DNA of 61,857 nt, filler included, from Candidatus Woesearchaeota archaeon (GTDB taxonomy: Archaea; Nanobdellota; Nanobdellia; Woesearchaeales; CAZJJJ01): the NCBI GenBank assembly GCA_046538795.1. It is 7 parts of 7 records of this genome, joined end to end, with 100 filler letters (N's around TTAATTAATTAA, not from the genome) between each part and the next. Parts side by side here need not be neighbours in the genome. Positions count along the whole stretch, not along the records: positions 19,636 to 29,274 come from JBKHIF010000054.1; positions 29,375 to 37,800 come from JBKHIF010000056.1; 5 more parts are not named here. The stretch is one strand, 5' to 3'. Positions 20,735 through 30,238 of this stretch are shown here, piece after piece (position 1 is the stretch's first letter; each line of letters starts with the position of its first letter). The translations under genes were made by a program, and so were the position numbers. A model generated the notes under the pieces. That model made no database searches, was not told the DNA's origin, and saw only the letters and a program-made list of their open reading frames with translations.

Positions 20735-21959
20735 CTTAAAGAGGAACTGTATGATTATTTTATTAATCCTGGCTTTAGCAGTATTATCTGCAAAATCCTC
20801 ATCTGCGCTTGGAGTAAGCCCTGGAAAAGCTACGATACATTTTGAGCCTGGGCTTGAAAAAACAGTTGATGTTGAGATATATAATAACGATAACAAGGCA
20901 TTTACTGGAGTTATATATGTGGAAGGCGAGCTAAAAGATTATATCACTTTATCGACAGAAGAGATTGTTTTTGGAGATGATGATAATATCAAGTCTTTTT
21001 CATATACAGTTTCTCTTCCTCAAGAGATGGAAAAACCAGGAGTATTGGCAGGAGATATAAAAATCGTGCAAAAGATTGATGATAGTGATGAAAATCTTAA
21101 TCTCAGGGCAAATGTTGCAGTTAAGACAAAAATATATCTAAACATACCATATCCTGGAACATATGCAGAAGCAGAATTCAAGCTAAGTGAATTTATGAAA
21201 CCAGAGGAAAATCTTGATTTCTTCATCTCAGTATTTAATCTTGGAAAAGAGAACATAAAAAAATATTTTGCAACTGTTGAGATATATGATCCTGATGGAG
21301 AACTCATAAAATCCATAACAACAGAACCAAAATCAGTGAGCAAGGCGCAGAAAGGAGAGCTTGTGATATCCATGCCTCCTCATTCTCTTCCTTTAGGCGA
21401 TTATACTGTTAAAGCTATCTTGTCTTATGATGGAAAGACGCTTGAGCTTCCTGCAAAACCTTTTAGGCTTGAAGGTTCATTTATTGATCTTCTCTTTGTG
21501 ATTGCAGATGAATACTCTTTAGGAAGTGTTGCGAAATTCACTTTCTTGCTGAAAAATGTAGGCAACCGGATGGTCAAAGATGTTTTTTCCAGAATGGTTC
21601 TGAATGATAACTCAGATAATGTTGTCGCTAATATAAAGAGCTATAGTGTTGATCTGAATAAAGAGGAAACAAAAGAAGTCGTAGCTTACTGGGATACCAA
21701 GAATATTGATATTGGAGAATATCATGGAAAAGTGAATGTTAACTATGAAGATGAGGCTTTTGATAGAGAAGTAAAACTTATGCTTGAAGAAGACAATATA
21801 GAAGTTGAAGTGATCGATCAGATATCAGGTATGGTTGCAGGAGATCAGGTTGAAACAAATTTTGCAGACAGTTCTATTATAAAGATAAGTCTGTTCCTTA
21901 TAATCACTCTTCTTGTCGTGATCCTTGTAGTTATGCTTAGGAAGAAAAAAGAAAATTGA
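20718..21959 (+). CDS. Secreted multi-Ig-fold protein with C-terminal membrane anchor (DUF916/chaperone-like), paralog of 23176..24360
   Basis: Signal peptide then ALGVSPG; IPYPGTYA linker; C-terminal TM followed by RKKKEN. Confidence 0.75.
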   Translation: MFQSINLKRNCMIILLILALAVLSAKSSSALGVSPGKATIHFEPGLEKTVDVEIYNNDNKAFTGVIYVEGELKDYITLSTEEIVFGDDDNIKSFSYTVSLPQEMEKPGVLAGDIKIVQKIDDSDENLNLRANVAVKTKIYLNIPYPGTYAEAEFKLSEFMKPEENLDFFISVFNLGKENIKKYFATVEIYDPDGELIKSITTEPKSVSKAQKGELVISMPPHSLPLGDYTVKAILSYDGKTLELPAKPFRLEGSFIDLLFVIADEYSLGSVAKFTFLLKNVGNRMVKDVFSRMVLNDNSDNVVANIKSYSVDLNKEETKEVVAYWDTKNIDIGEYHGKVNVNYEDEAFDREVKLMLEEDNIEVEVIDQISGMVAGDQVETNFADSSIIKISLFLIITLLVVILVVMLRKKKEN

Positions 21960-22109
21960 CCTTAATAATTTTATGATATCAATTAATTATAAATATTAAT
22001 ATCTTTATTTTCTGAACAAAAAACGGTTATTTTCATCCCTTGCTGGTTAATAGTTATCCTGTTTAAAAATCAAAAACTATTTAAACCATTACTTTCATAG
22101 AAATTAGAT

Positions 22110-22334
22110 ATGGAACAGATTCCAAACAAGCTGGTATTGACTCTATTAGTGTTAATGACACTTATAACTATGATCAGTACATTCTCATTTTTTCACGCTC
22201 ATAACAGCCTTCCTTCAGATGATAATCCTTCAGATGGTATTCAGGGTCTTGCAGTGCAGACAAGTTCTCCTGAATCAGGGCGGGTTGCTATAAAGATAAT
22301 CAATAATAATCTTAATAAAAGCATCAATGATTAA
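22110..22334 (+). CDS. Small membrane protein with IQGLA motif and terminal beta-strand
   Basis: 74 aa, TTTAAA box about 30 bp upstream, one TM, GIQGLAV...SGRVAIKII. Confidence 0.65.
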   Translation: MEQIPNKLVLTLLVLMTLITMISTFSFFHAHNSLPSDDNPSDGIQGLAVQTSSPESGRVAIKIINNNLNKSIND

Positions 22335-22470
22335 AATGGCAAAACATAGCAGTTTTTGATTGCAGGTGTTACTATTTTTTGAACAAGAGGTCAAAAAATG
22401 GCAAAACAAAGCAATCGTTGATTGCAGGCTTTACCATTTTTTAAATCGGAGATTAAAAAAATGGCAAAAA
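22333..22470 (+). repeat. Degenerate tandem repeat (62-63 bp period); each full unit is a hairpin carrying a 7-codon mini-ORF
   Basis: AAAATGGCAAAA with ATG at 22336, 22398 and 22461; TTGATTGCAGG conserved in units 1 and 2. Confidence 0.8.
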
Positions 22471-23162
22471 AACAAAAGACAAACAACTTCAGCATATCTA
22501 ACCAAACTGTTATTGTAACATTACTTATTGCTATGGCGATATCTATAGGCGGAACTCTTACTGTTCTGATAAAACTATCAAACCTTCCTGATGCAAGAAC
22601 TCCCATTACAGGAATGGCAGATACTCAGTATGGTTCAGCATCTATAGAAATATCTCAGCAGGTTTCAATTGAACTTGATCCGAACAATAATTCTATTGAT
22701 TTCGGGACATGCAATGCTCCTGATAATCCTTATGTTGTAAATATATCTTCAGACATGACTGCACAGGAAATAAATGATACTATAATAATAAACTGCACAG
22801 ATGCAAATACTCCTTCAAAGATAAGGATTCTTAATACTGGAAACGTTGAAACAGACATAAATGTTGTATCTGACAGAAATTCACAGCAGCTTCTGACTTC
22901 GGCATCTGCAGAATTCAAGTGGTTTGCAAAAAATTCCACATTAAACGGCGGCTGTCCTACTCCTGGTCCTTCAGGAGGAATAGACCAAGGCAATTTTGAT
23001 GGAACTGGAGATGACACAGCTGATAATGTCTGTGATGAACTTGGTTTTGGTACTAACAATGCTGTAGATTTTTTTGTCAACTTAACGATACCTTATGATG
23101 CAAGTACAGGTGGATCAGAAGATACCGCAACACTTACATTTTCTGGTTCGGCAGATGACTGA
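22461..23162 (+). CDS. Secreted pilin-like beta-sandwich protein (candidate major fimbrial subunit)
   Basis: MAKKQK start after GGAGA; TM; ITGMA motif; IDFG..ILNTGN..NLTIP..ATLTFSG. Confidence 0.7.
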   Translation: MAKKQKTNNFSISNQTVIVTLLIAMAISIGGTLTVLIKLSNLPDARTPITGMADTQYGSASIEISQQVSIELDPNNNSIDFGTCNAPDNPYVVNISSDMTAQEINDTIIINCTDANTPSKIRILNTGNVETDINVVSDRNSQQLLTSASAEFKWFAKNSTLNGGCPTPGPSGGIDQGNFDGTGDDTADNVCDELGFGTNNAVDFFVNLTIPYDASTGGSEDTATLTFSGSADD

Positions 23163-23175
23163 TTTTAACTGATTT

Positions 23176-24360
23176 ATGATGAGATCTTATAATCTATTTT
23201 TTGTGATTTTCTTAGTATTTTTTTTAAGTTTGCCTATTTCATATGCAATAGGCATATCACCTCCTAATTATAAGGTTGATTTCAAACCAGAATTAAATAC
23301 TTCTTTCCCTTATGTAATATCTAATAACAGAGATTCTAAGATAGAAGTTGAAGTTGTTATAAAAGGAGATCTTTCTGATTATTTATCTCCTTCTGAAAAA
23401 AGTTTCATATTATATGCAGGAGGGTCAAAAACATCTGTCATTAATCTGGATCTTCCACAAAAGCTTGATCCTGGAAATTATACTTCTACTATTCAGTATA
23501 TCGACAGCACCAAGGTGGGTGAAGGAATGTTTCAGGCAAGGACTGCGGTTATCGCATATATAACTGTGATTGTTCCGATTCCAGGAAGATATGCAAAAGT
23601 AAACCTCGAGGTTCCCAATATTAATGAAGGGGAAACAATAGCTTATTTCGCAGAGATTGAAAATATTGCAGAAGAAGACATTGAAAATGCAGTCCTTAGC
23701 ATGAAAATCATTGATTCCAATGGAAAATATATTCGTGAGTTTTCTCACAGGGACATTTCTGTTGACTCACTGAAGAAGACAGTTGTTAACGATTTTTTTG
23801 AAAGTCATGATTTTATCCCTGGAGAATATACTGCTTTCGCAGAACTTGATTTCGGAGGCAAAGAAATGTCTTCAGATGAAGTAACATTTAATATTGGATC
23901 TTATGATGTTGATTTTGTCGGTCATTCTGATACGCTTTATGCAGGCGAGATTTCTCCTTTCAGATCGGTTGTGAAAAGCAAATGGAACTCTCCTATTAAA
24001 GATGTTTCAGTTGATGTAACAATTAATGGTAAAGAACACAGATCTTTGGAAAAAACACTCAAGCCTTTTGAAGAAACAGAATTTCTCATATATGTCGATG
24101 AAAAGTCGCTTGAACCAGGAGATATTGTAGATGCTATCGTTACTGTTCATTTTGGTGATTCAAAAAAATCAGAGAGCCTGAAATTGGATGTGGTTGAAAA
24201 TCCAGAAAAACAGCTTGAAACCGATAATTCTGATGATGAAGACAAAATCGATCTTGCATATATCATGACACTTCCTACAACATACCTTATGATTGCAGTA
24301 ATGATCCTTGTCCTTGTCAACATATATGTGATAATTAATAAGAATAAGAAAAAAAGATAA
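23176..24360 (+). CDS. Secreted multi-Ig-fold protein with C-terminal membrane anchor, paralog of 20718..21959
   Basis: Signal peptide then AIGISPP; VPIPGRYA linker; C-terminal TM followed by KNKKKR. Confidence 0.75.
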   Translation: MMRSYNLFFVIFLVFFLSLPISYAIGISPPNYKVDFKPELNTSFPYVISNNRDSKIEVEVVIKGDLSDYLSPSEKSFILYAGGSKTSVINLDLPQKLDPGNYTSTIQYIDSTKVGEGMFQARTAVIAYITVIVPIPGRYAKVNLEVPNINEGETIAYFAEIENIAEEDIENAVLSMKIIDSNGKYIREFSHRDISVDSLKKTVVNDFFESHDFIPGEYTAFAELDFGGKEMSSDEVTFNIGSYDVDFVGHSDTLYAGEISPFRSVVKSKWNSPIKDVSVDVTINGKEHRSLEKTLKPFEETEFLIYVDEKSLEPGDIVDAIVTVHFGDSKKSESLKLDVVENPEKQLETDNSDDEDKIDLAYIMTLPTTYLMIAVMILVLVNIYVIINKNKKKR

Positions 24361-24361
24361 G

Positions 24362-24775
24362 ATGAAATTATCAAGGTTTATTATTTTAGGGGTGCTTTTA
24401 GTAGTTATTTTGTCGAGCGCAAGCTATCTTATCATGAAGGATTATTATATCTATGATATTGTGATAATACCTGCTGATCTTGAAGTGAATGATTATGTAG
24501 GGTTCAATCTTGATAACGATGCTCTTCATTTCGGTTCTATAAAGAATCAGGGAAATTCCAGAAGAAATATCACAGTAATCAATACCTATGGAAAAACATC
24601 TTTGGTCGTAATTGAAGCTGAAGGTGAAATCGCTTCATGGATTTCTGCTTCTGAGAACTCTTTTTTGCTTGAAGAAGATACATCAAGACAGGTTGAATTC
24701 ATGATCGAAACTCCTGAATTTGTTGATTATGGGAATTATACAGGAAATGTCACGATAACTTTTAAACGTCCATAG
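24362..24775 (+). CDS. Small membrane-anchored Ig/pilin-like protein
   Basis: N-terminal TM; LHFGSI..ITVIN..TPEFVDYGNYTGNVTITF. Confidence 0.7.
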   Translation: MKLSRFIILGVLLVVILSSASYLIMKDYYIYDIVIIPADLEVNDYVGFNLDNDALHFGSIKNQGNSRRNITVINTYGKTSLVVIEAEGEIASWISASENSFLLEEDTSRQVEFMIETPEFVDYGNYTGNVTITFKRP

Positions 24776-24886
24776 TTATTTTATTCACACTTTTTAGTCT
24801 TAAAATTGTTAATTTTTAATTTATTTTGTTTGTTATTTTGATTTTTTTGCAAATCTTTATATAATATTTAGTCTTATTTATTTGAT

Positions 24887-25156
24887 ATGGTTGTTGTTGA
24901 TTGCCCTGGATCTGGATTTCATGAGGAGCTTCTGGATGAGATAGAGGAAATAATCAATGTTGAAAAAGACTCTTTTTCTAAAAAAAAAGTACCTATCATA
25001 TTTGATGGAAAACAGTATGCTATTAAGATTCCGAAAAAAATTGCAGAATCAGCAGGGATTTCTGAAAATGATCAATTTGAATTCTATATCAAACAAGATG
25101 TGAAGGAGAAGATAAACACAGAATTACGAGGCAAGCTGGTAAAAGATGAAACATAA
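24887..25156 (+). CDS. AbrB/MazE/SpoVT-like DNA-binding protein
   Basis: IIFDGKQYAIKIPKKIAESAGISENDQFEF swapped-hairpin pattern; TTTATATA box upstream. Confidence 0.7.
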   Translation: MVVVDCPGSGFHEELLDEIEEIINVEKDSFSKKKVPIIFDGKQYAIKIPKKIAESAGISENDQFEFYIKQDVKEKINTELRGKLVKDET

Positions 25157-25409
25157 TATATTACACAGGACAGAAAAAGAGCTTATCCGCATCTTGTTTA
25201 GGGAAAGAAGGCCTCTTACCATAAGAGAGATTGCTATGATTTCTGATATGAGCTGGATAACTGCAAGAAAATATCTAAACAGTCTTATCAAAAATAATAT
25301 CTGTGAAACAATAGTGGAAGAAAAAAGGCCTAAATTCAGATTGAATCCTGATCTCATATGTGAATTATTACGAAGAAAGCAGGAAAATATGGTGAAGAAT
25401 GAAGATTGA
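25146..25409 (+). CDS. Winged helix-turn-helix protein
   Basis: EKELIRIL..PLTIREIAMISDMSWITARKYLNSL; overlaps both neighbours by 11 bp. Confidence 0.75.
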   Translation: MKHNILHRTEKELIRILFRERRPLTIREIAMISDMSWITARKYLNSLIKNNICETIVEEKRPKFRLNPDLICELLRRKQENMVKNED

Positions 25410-27762
25410 TAACAAGACTATACTGGAAATTGTAATTTTCATGGTATTTGTATCCATCATGATGAATTTTTTGACTCTTAGTCTTATAAGCCATTCATAT
25501 AGTGAAAAAACAGGACTTCAGGGCAAGGCCATAGATGGAGAAGCGACAGTTGGCATATGTATTAATCATCGTCCTGTATTCAACTGGCAGACTTGTGACA
25601 ATCTTAGTTTGATTGCATCTGTTAATGGAATCTTGATAAAAAATTATAGATGCCATGTAAACGTTACTGATCCAGATCCTGATCAATCTTTGATATTTAG
25701 TACAAATTCATCCTATTCAGCTATAGGTCCCTGGCCTGGAAACATAACTTTGTTCGGAAATATAAGCCAGCCTGGAAATCCTGCACCAGACAATATCACA
25801 ATGTGGATTAACGTATCAGATAATTCCAGCTGCTCTAATTCTGAAATTATCGTTGATGTTTTGTTTTCTAATCTTACATTCATAAGCGGTGGTGTTTATC
25901 TGATTCAGGAATATCCGTCTGATGATAATGATGAGCTTAAGTTAAAAGAAGGATTCACCACGTTCCATAGATCTTTGGATGAATATTTTTTAGATGCAGA
26001 TGGCTTTCCTCTTGATTTCGAGTTCATATATCATGATATGCACTGCTTAAATATTGAAGTCGACATAGACAATGTATCTAATTTTGTAAGATACAGTGTT
26101 CCTTATGGCTTTAATACAGAAGATACCGGACCTTGTCATGCTCAGTTCAAAGCGACAAATCCATTTAAAATTTGGAATGAGACAAATACTTTTCTGATAG
26201 AAGTTGAGGCAACTGAACAGCCTGAAGAACAGGATGATACCTCTGAAAATACAGAGGACAATTCAGATGGTGGTTCAGGATCAAGTTCTGGCGGCGGAGG
26301 TTCAAGCGGCGGCGGAGGTTCAGGTGTGCCGCAGCCATCAAGGCAATGCTGGCTTAGGGATGTTGTATGTGATGACTGGAGCGATTGCAGCTATGTCCCT
26401 AATTCGACTGATAATGTTGACTATTATGATATTTTACACGACGGGGAACAAAGAAGAACATGTACCTGGTCCACAAATTGTCCGGGAGAGATGCAGCCTG
26501 ATCTTAAGAAAATCTGTGATTACAAGCCTAATTGTCATGATTCTATGAAAAACTGCCATGAGCTTCCTGATGGAAGCCTTTTCTGTGAAGAAGGAATAGA
26601 CTGCGGAGGGCCATGCCAGACTCCTTGCCCTACATGTGATGATTTAATCAAAAATCAGGGTGAAACAGGGATAGACTGCGGCGGCCCTTGCGACCCTTGT
26701 CCAACTTGTTCAGACGGCATACTTAACTGTCATAGGATTTCTAAGGATGAAGAATTATGCGAAGAGAAAATAGACTGCGGAGGTCCTTGCTCTCCCTGCG
26801 CAACATGCGATGATAAGATCAGGAATTGCCATATGCTTGATAACAATACATTATCCTGTGAAGAAGATGTTGATTGCGGAGGTCCCTGCGATCCCTGTCT
26901 TACGGATAAGCAGAAGCAGACAAGACGAATAATCTCTATTTCAACAATTGCCCTTACTTCGCTATTGTTTGGGCTTTCTATTGTTACAGGAAAAGTAGCT
27001 TATGCTAAAGCTCTTATTTTTATTCAGAAAAAATACATGGATTTTATCAAGGCAGCAATAATGAAAAGGCGTGATATGTATAAAAATAAATACCTTGCAT
27101 TCTTTGATTCTCAGATAAGGCAGCTGATCCCTGATTTTGATGCTGTTACAAATAAAGAAACTAAAAAATATGGAGACCTGCTTCTCCTTGATGACAGCAA
27201 TGCGTTATATAATATTGATCGTTATTCAGTTTCTTTCAACAATGATTATGCAAACATATTGCTGGATGATTCTATACGGACGATAAACTATGCTATTGAT
27301 ATTAATGATATTGATTCGGGAAAACAGGTCCTTGAAGAGATGCTGAAGCGCAGCCTTAAACCTGAATACAGGATAAGCAAGAGAAGCACAGCAAGAGTAT
27401 GGAATCCATCATGGGGTTTCAGGGACGGTGTTCAGTATGATACAGTGGGAGACAAGACCATAGCAAGATCTGTTGAATATATTCTTTCATTTATGCCTAA
27501 GAATCGTGATGAGGCTCAGCAGATAATAAACATTCTTGAGGAGTATGCTCCTAACAAAGAGGGAATAACAGTTATGCGTTCTCAGGACATACGCGTTACA
27601 GGAGACCATCCGATACTTGACTATGAGCGTGTTGATCTGAACGTAAAATCAGTCAATGGACAAAAGATCATGGTAATCACAAGAGACAAGCCGCTTACAG
27701 GATTCAAGAGCAAGAAGATATGGGTAAATCCGAAACTATTAAGAGCAATGAAAATTGAATAA
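25399..27762 (+). CDS. Membrane-spanning surface protein: Ig-like domains, Gly/Ser linker, four Cys-rich repeats, TM, predicted cytoplasmic domain
   Basis: N-terminal TM with LQGKA motif; DPDPD and DADG motifs; GGSGSSSGGGG linker; four E-x-[IV]DCGGPC repeats; second TM at about aa 512-540. Confidence 0.8.
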   Translation: MKIDNKTILEIVIFMVFVSIMMNFLTLSLISHSYSEKTGLQGKAIDGEATVGICINHRPVFNWQTCDNLSLIASVNGILIKNYRCHVNVTDPDPDQSLIFSTNSSYSAIGPWPGNITLFGNISQPGNPAPDNITMWINVSDNSSCSNSEIIVDVLFSNLTFISGGVYLIQEYPSDDNDELKLKEGFTTFHRSLDEYFLDADGFPLDFEFIYHDMHCLNIEVDIDNVSNFVRYSVPYGFNTEDTGPCHAQFKATNPFKIWNETNTFLIEVEATEQPEEQDDTSENTEDNSDGGSGSSSGGGGSSGGGGSGVPQPSRQCWLRDVVCDDWSDCSYVPNSTDNVDYYDILHDGEQRRTCTWSTNCPGEMQPDLKKICDYKPNCHDSMKNCHELPDGSLFCEEGIDCGGPCQTPCPTCDDLIKNQGETGIDCGGPCDPCPTCSDGILNCHRISKDEELCEEKIDCGGPCSPCATCDDKIRNCHMLDNNTLSCEEDVDCGGPCDPCLTDKQKQTRRIISISTIALTSLLFGLSIVTGKVAYAKALIFIQKKYMDFIKAAIMKRRDMYKNKYLAFFDSQIRQLIPDFDAVTNKETKKYGDLLLLDDSNALYNIDRYSVSFNNDYANILLDDSIRTINYAIDINDIDSGKQVLEEMLKRSLKPEYRISKRSTARVWNPSWGFRDGVQYDTVGDKTIARSVEYILSFMPKNRDEAQQIINILEEYAPNKEGITVMRSQDIRVTGDHPILDYERVDLNVKSVNGQKIMVITRDKPLTGFKSKKIWVNPKLLRAMKIE
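26533..26898 (+). repeat. Intragenic Cys-rich repeats (4 units, C-x-D..N..E-x-x-DCGGPC-x-PC)
   Basis: GACTGCGGAGG/GATTGCGGAGG-type DNA units and DCGGPC peptides recur four times. Confidence 0.85.
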
Positions 27763-27765
27763 AAG

Positions 27766-29274
27766 ATGTTGAAAAAAGAGACTATTTCAGGAAAATGCAG
27801 GATTGGGATTTTTCTAGTTGTTTCCATGTTATTTTTTGTGTTTTTTTCAGGTTTTGTCTTTGCAGCAGATCCTGTTTTTATAGATCCTTCGACTACCACA
27901 ACATTCAATATAACAGAAGATGAGTTGTTTACTTATAATATAACTGCAATTGATTCTGATGGAGATTATCCTATAAATTTCACAGATACTTCACATGATG
28001 CAGGTATTGGATTTTTTTGTTTTAACAAAAAACAATTTAATGGATCTATAACAACAATAAATTTTACTCCGACAAATGAATATGTAGGTTTTTACAGCAT
28101 AGATATGATCGCTAAAGATTCTGTTGATGAGTCAGATATTCTGACACTTAAATTCAATGTATCAAACTCAAATGATAATCCTTATGTAATCTCGGCTTAT
28201 CCTTCTCAGGATGTATTTCTAGATGAAAATTCAACAATCTTTTTTAACATTACAATAGGAGACGATGACCTTATACATGGAGATAATCTGAGTTTTGCCT
28301 GGTTTATAGATAATGAAACAAATCCTCTTCTTAACTCAAGCAAGATTAATTCTACATTTTCAAAAGCAAACTTCACACCTACATTTTTTCACTACAGACC
28401 TTATCCTTATGAGGTAACTGTTGTTGTGAATGATTCTTCTTTTGGACAGATAAACTATACCTGGAACCTGACAGTAAACAATGTTAACAGAGAACCTGTT
28501 TTCAGCGGAATTATAGAAAACATAACCTGGTGGGAGGATACTGACCTTGTAAACAATATAACTCTTGCTGATTATTTTTCTGATCCAGATGTCAATTCAA
28601 GTTATTGTGAACCAGACACAGGAAACTGCCTTGATTTTTCAAGAAATCTTGTTTCAGGAGATCTTTCTGACATAAATGTTGATATAAATGATTCAACATC
28701 AAATGTCAGTTTTTATCCGTCTGAAAACTGGTTTGGAACCCTTAACATAACTTTTTCTGTTACTGACGGATTTGATTCAGCACAAAGCAATGATATTATG
28801 CTTGAAGTTATCAATGAGAATGATCCGCCTATAATTAGTCCTATTGAAAACCAGACCACATTTGTATCTTCATTATTTTCCTATCAGGTGCAGGCGACAG
28901 ATCCTGATTTTCACACCATGACCTATTATGTCGATTCACCGACTCTTGGAGGTATTGATATTAATTCAACCACAGGTCTTATTGAATATGAGCCGCTTCT
29001 TGCTGATTCAGGAAACCACACAATTAATGTTACTGTGGCAGATGAGTTCAGCCTGAACAGTTCAGTCGAATTTAATCTGGAAATAATAGGAAACAGCCGG
29101 CCTGTTATACAAGATTTTGGAAATATCTCTGTTATGCAGTTCCAGACTCTTGACATACAAATTAATGCAACAGATGCAGATGGCGATGATCTGTTTTTCT
29201 GGATGAACTCATCTCTTCTTTCAAAAAATGCATCTGACAGTACTTCTGCAAATTATACAATAACGCCTGTAGAT
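27766..29274 (+). CDS. Large secreted cadherin/Ig-like repeat protein (3' truncated)
   Basis: Signal peptide; repeated N-D/R-x-P starts and D-x-D-G-D motifs about every 100 aa; many N-x-S/T sequons. Confidence 0.85.
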
Positions 29275-29374
29275 NNNNNNNNNNNNNNNNNNNNNNNNNN
29301 NNNNNNNNNNNNNNNNNNTTAATTAATTAANNNNNNNNNNNNNNNNNNNNNNNNNNNNNNNNNNNNNNNNNNNN
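29275..29374. other. Artificial contig linker
   Basis: N run with TTAATTAATTAA. Confidence 0.99.
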
Positions 29375-29931
29375 ATAATGGAATTGGAAAATATCCTCAT
29401 AAGGATTATATATGGAAAATAGCACATTCAATAAACAAAATAGAAAACAAAGCAGAAAGAAGAGAGCATTTTGAACTTCTCCCAAAAGTATTGGCAACAA
29501 TGAGATACAATGGCGAATTATGGAGAATCTCCCCAGCACCAGATTATGAAGATTGTGTTTCACATTATCCTAATGTCAAGGCTTTACAAAATTCTATAAA
29601 TTCTACCGAAGAAAAAAACTTTATTCTTCTAGATAATTATAACTCAGAAATAGAATTAGGTGATTTTGAAAGACCCTATATGTATTTCAGACATCCAAAC
29701 AAACCAAGTTACGGAAGTGTTGGAGATTACTTTGAATCTAAGGCAATAGAATTCGTACTTCTTCATGAACTATGCCATTTGACAGTAGACATAAATAATG
29801 ATGTCGATAGTCCAAACACAGATGATAACACACAATTAATGTGCGCTCCACTTTCTTATAGAAGATTTAATCCAGAAAAACTATCTGTGGAATCTATTAG
29901 AGAAGCATATGCAAAATTGATAGAAAAATAA
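29375..29931 (+). CDS. Putative zinc metallopeptidase domain (5' truncated)
   Basis: VLLHELCHL zinc motif followed by a QLMCAP Met-turn-like segment; frame open back to the contig edge. Confidence 0.55.
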
Positions 29932-30238
29932 GGCTCTCCAAATTTCATGCCAAGTTATCTGAAAAAGAAACCCTCAGTTTCTATTTAAGCATCAAATTCT
30001 ATTGGACTTTAGTCTTTCACCGAGTATTATTGGACGCCAAATTTAATAATATACACATTTTTTTCTCCTGTAATCTCTCTTAAGAAAGTCTTTACTGAAT
30101 CCTTATATTCGTTTGTTAAATTCATTATTCTAAATAGTACTAAAGCTTAATTAAAAAAGTTGCCTAAAATATTTAGTTTTCCTAGAACCACAAACAAAAA
30201 AGTTTATATACCAATATACTTATTTGTATATTGATCTC

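Noticed and set aside
24793..24876. TTTAGTCTTA direct repeat upstream of the AbrB-like gene
   Set aside because: A 10-bp AT-rich match in very AT-rich DNA could be chance.
29932..30125. Stop-interrupted minus-strand frame beginning MNLTNEYKDSVKTFLREI, possibly a decayed gene
   Set aside because: Too short and degraded to assign by eye.
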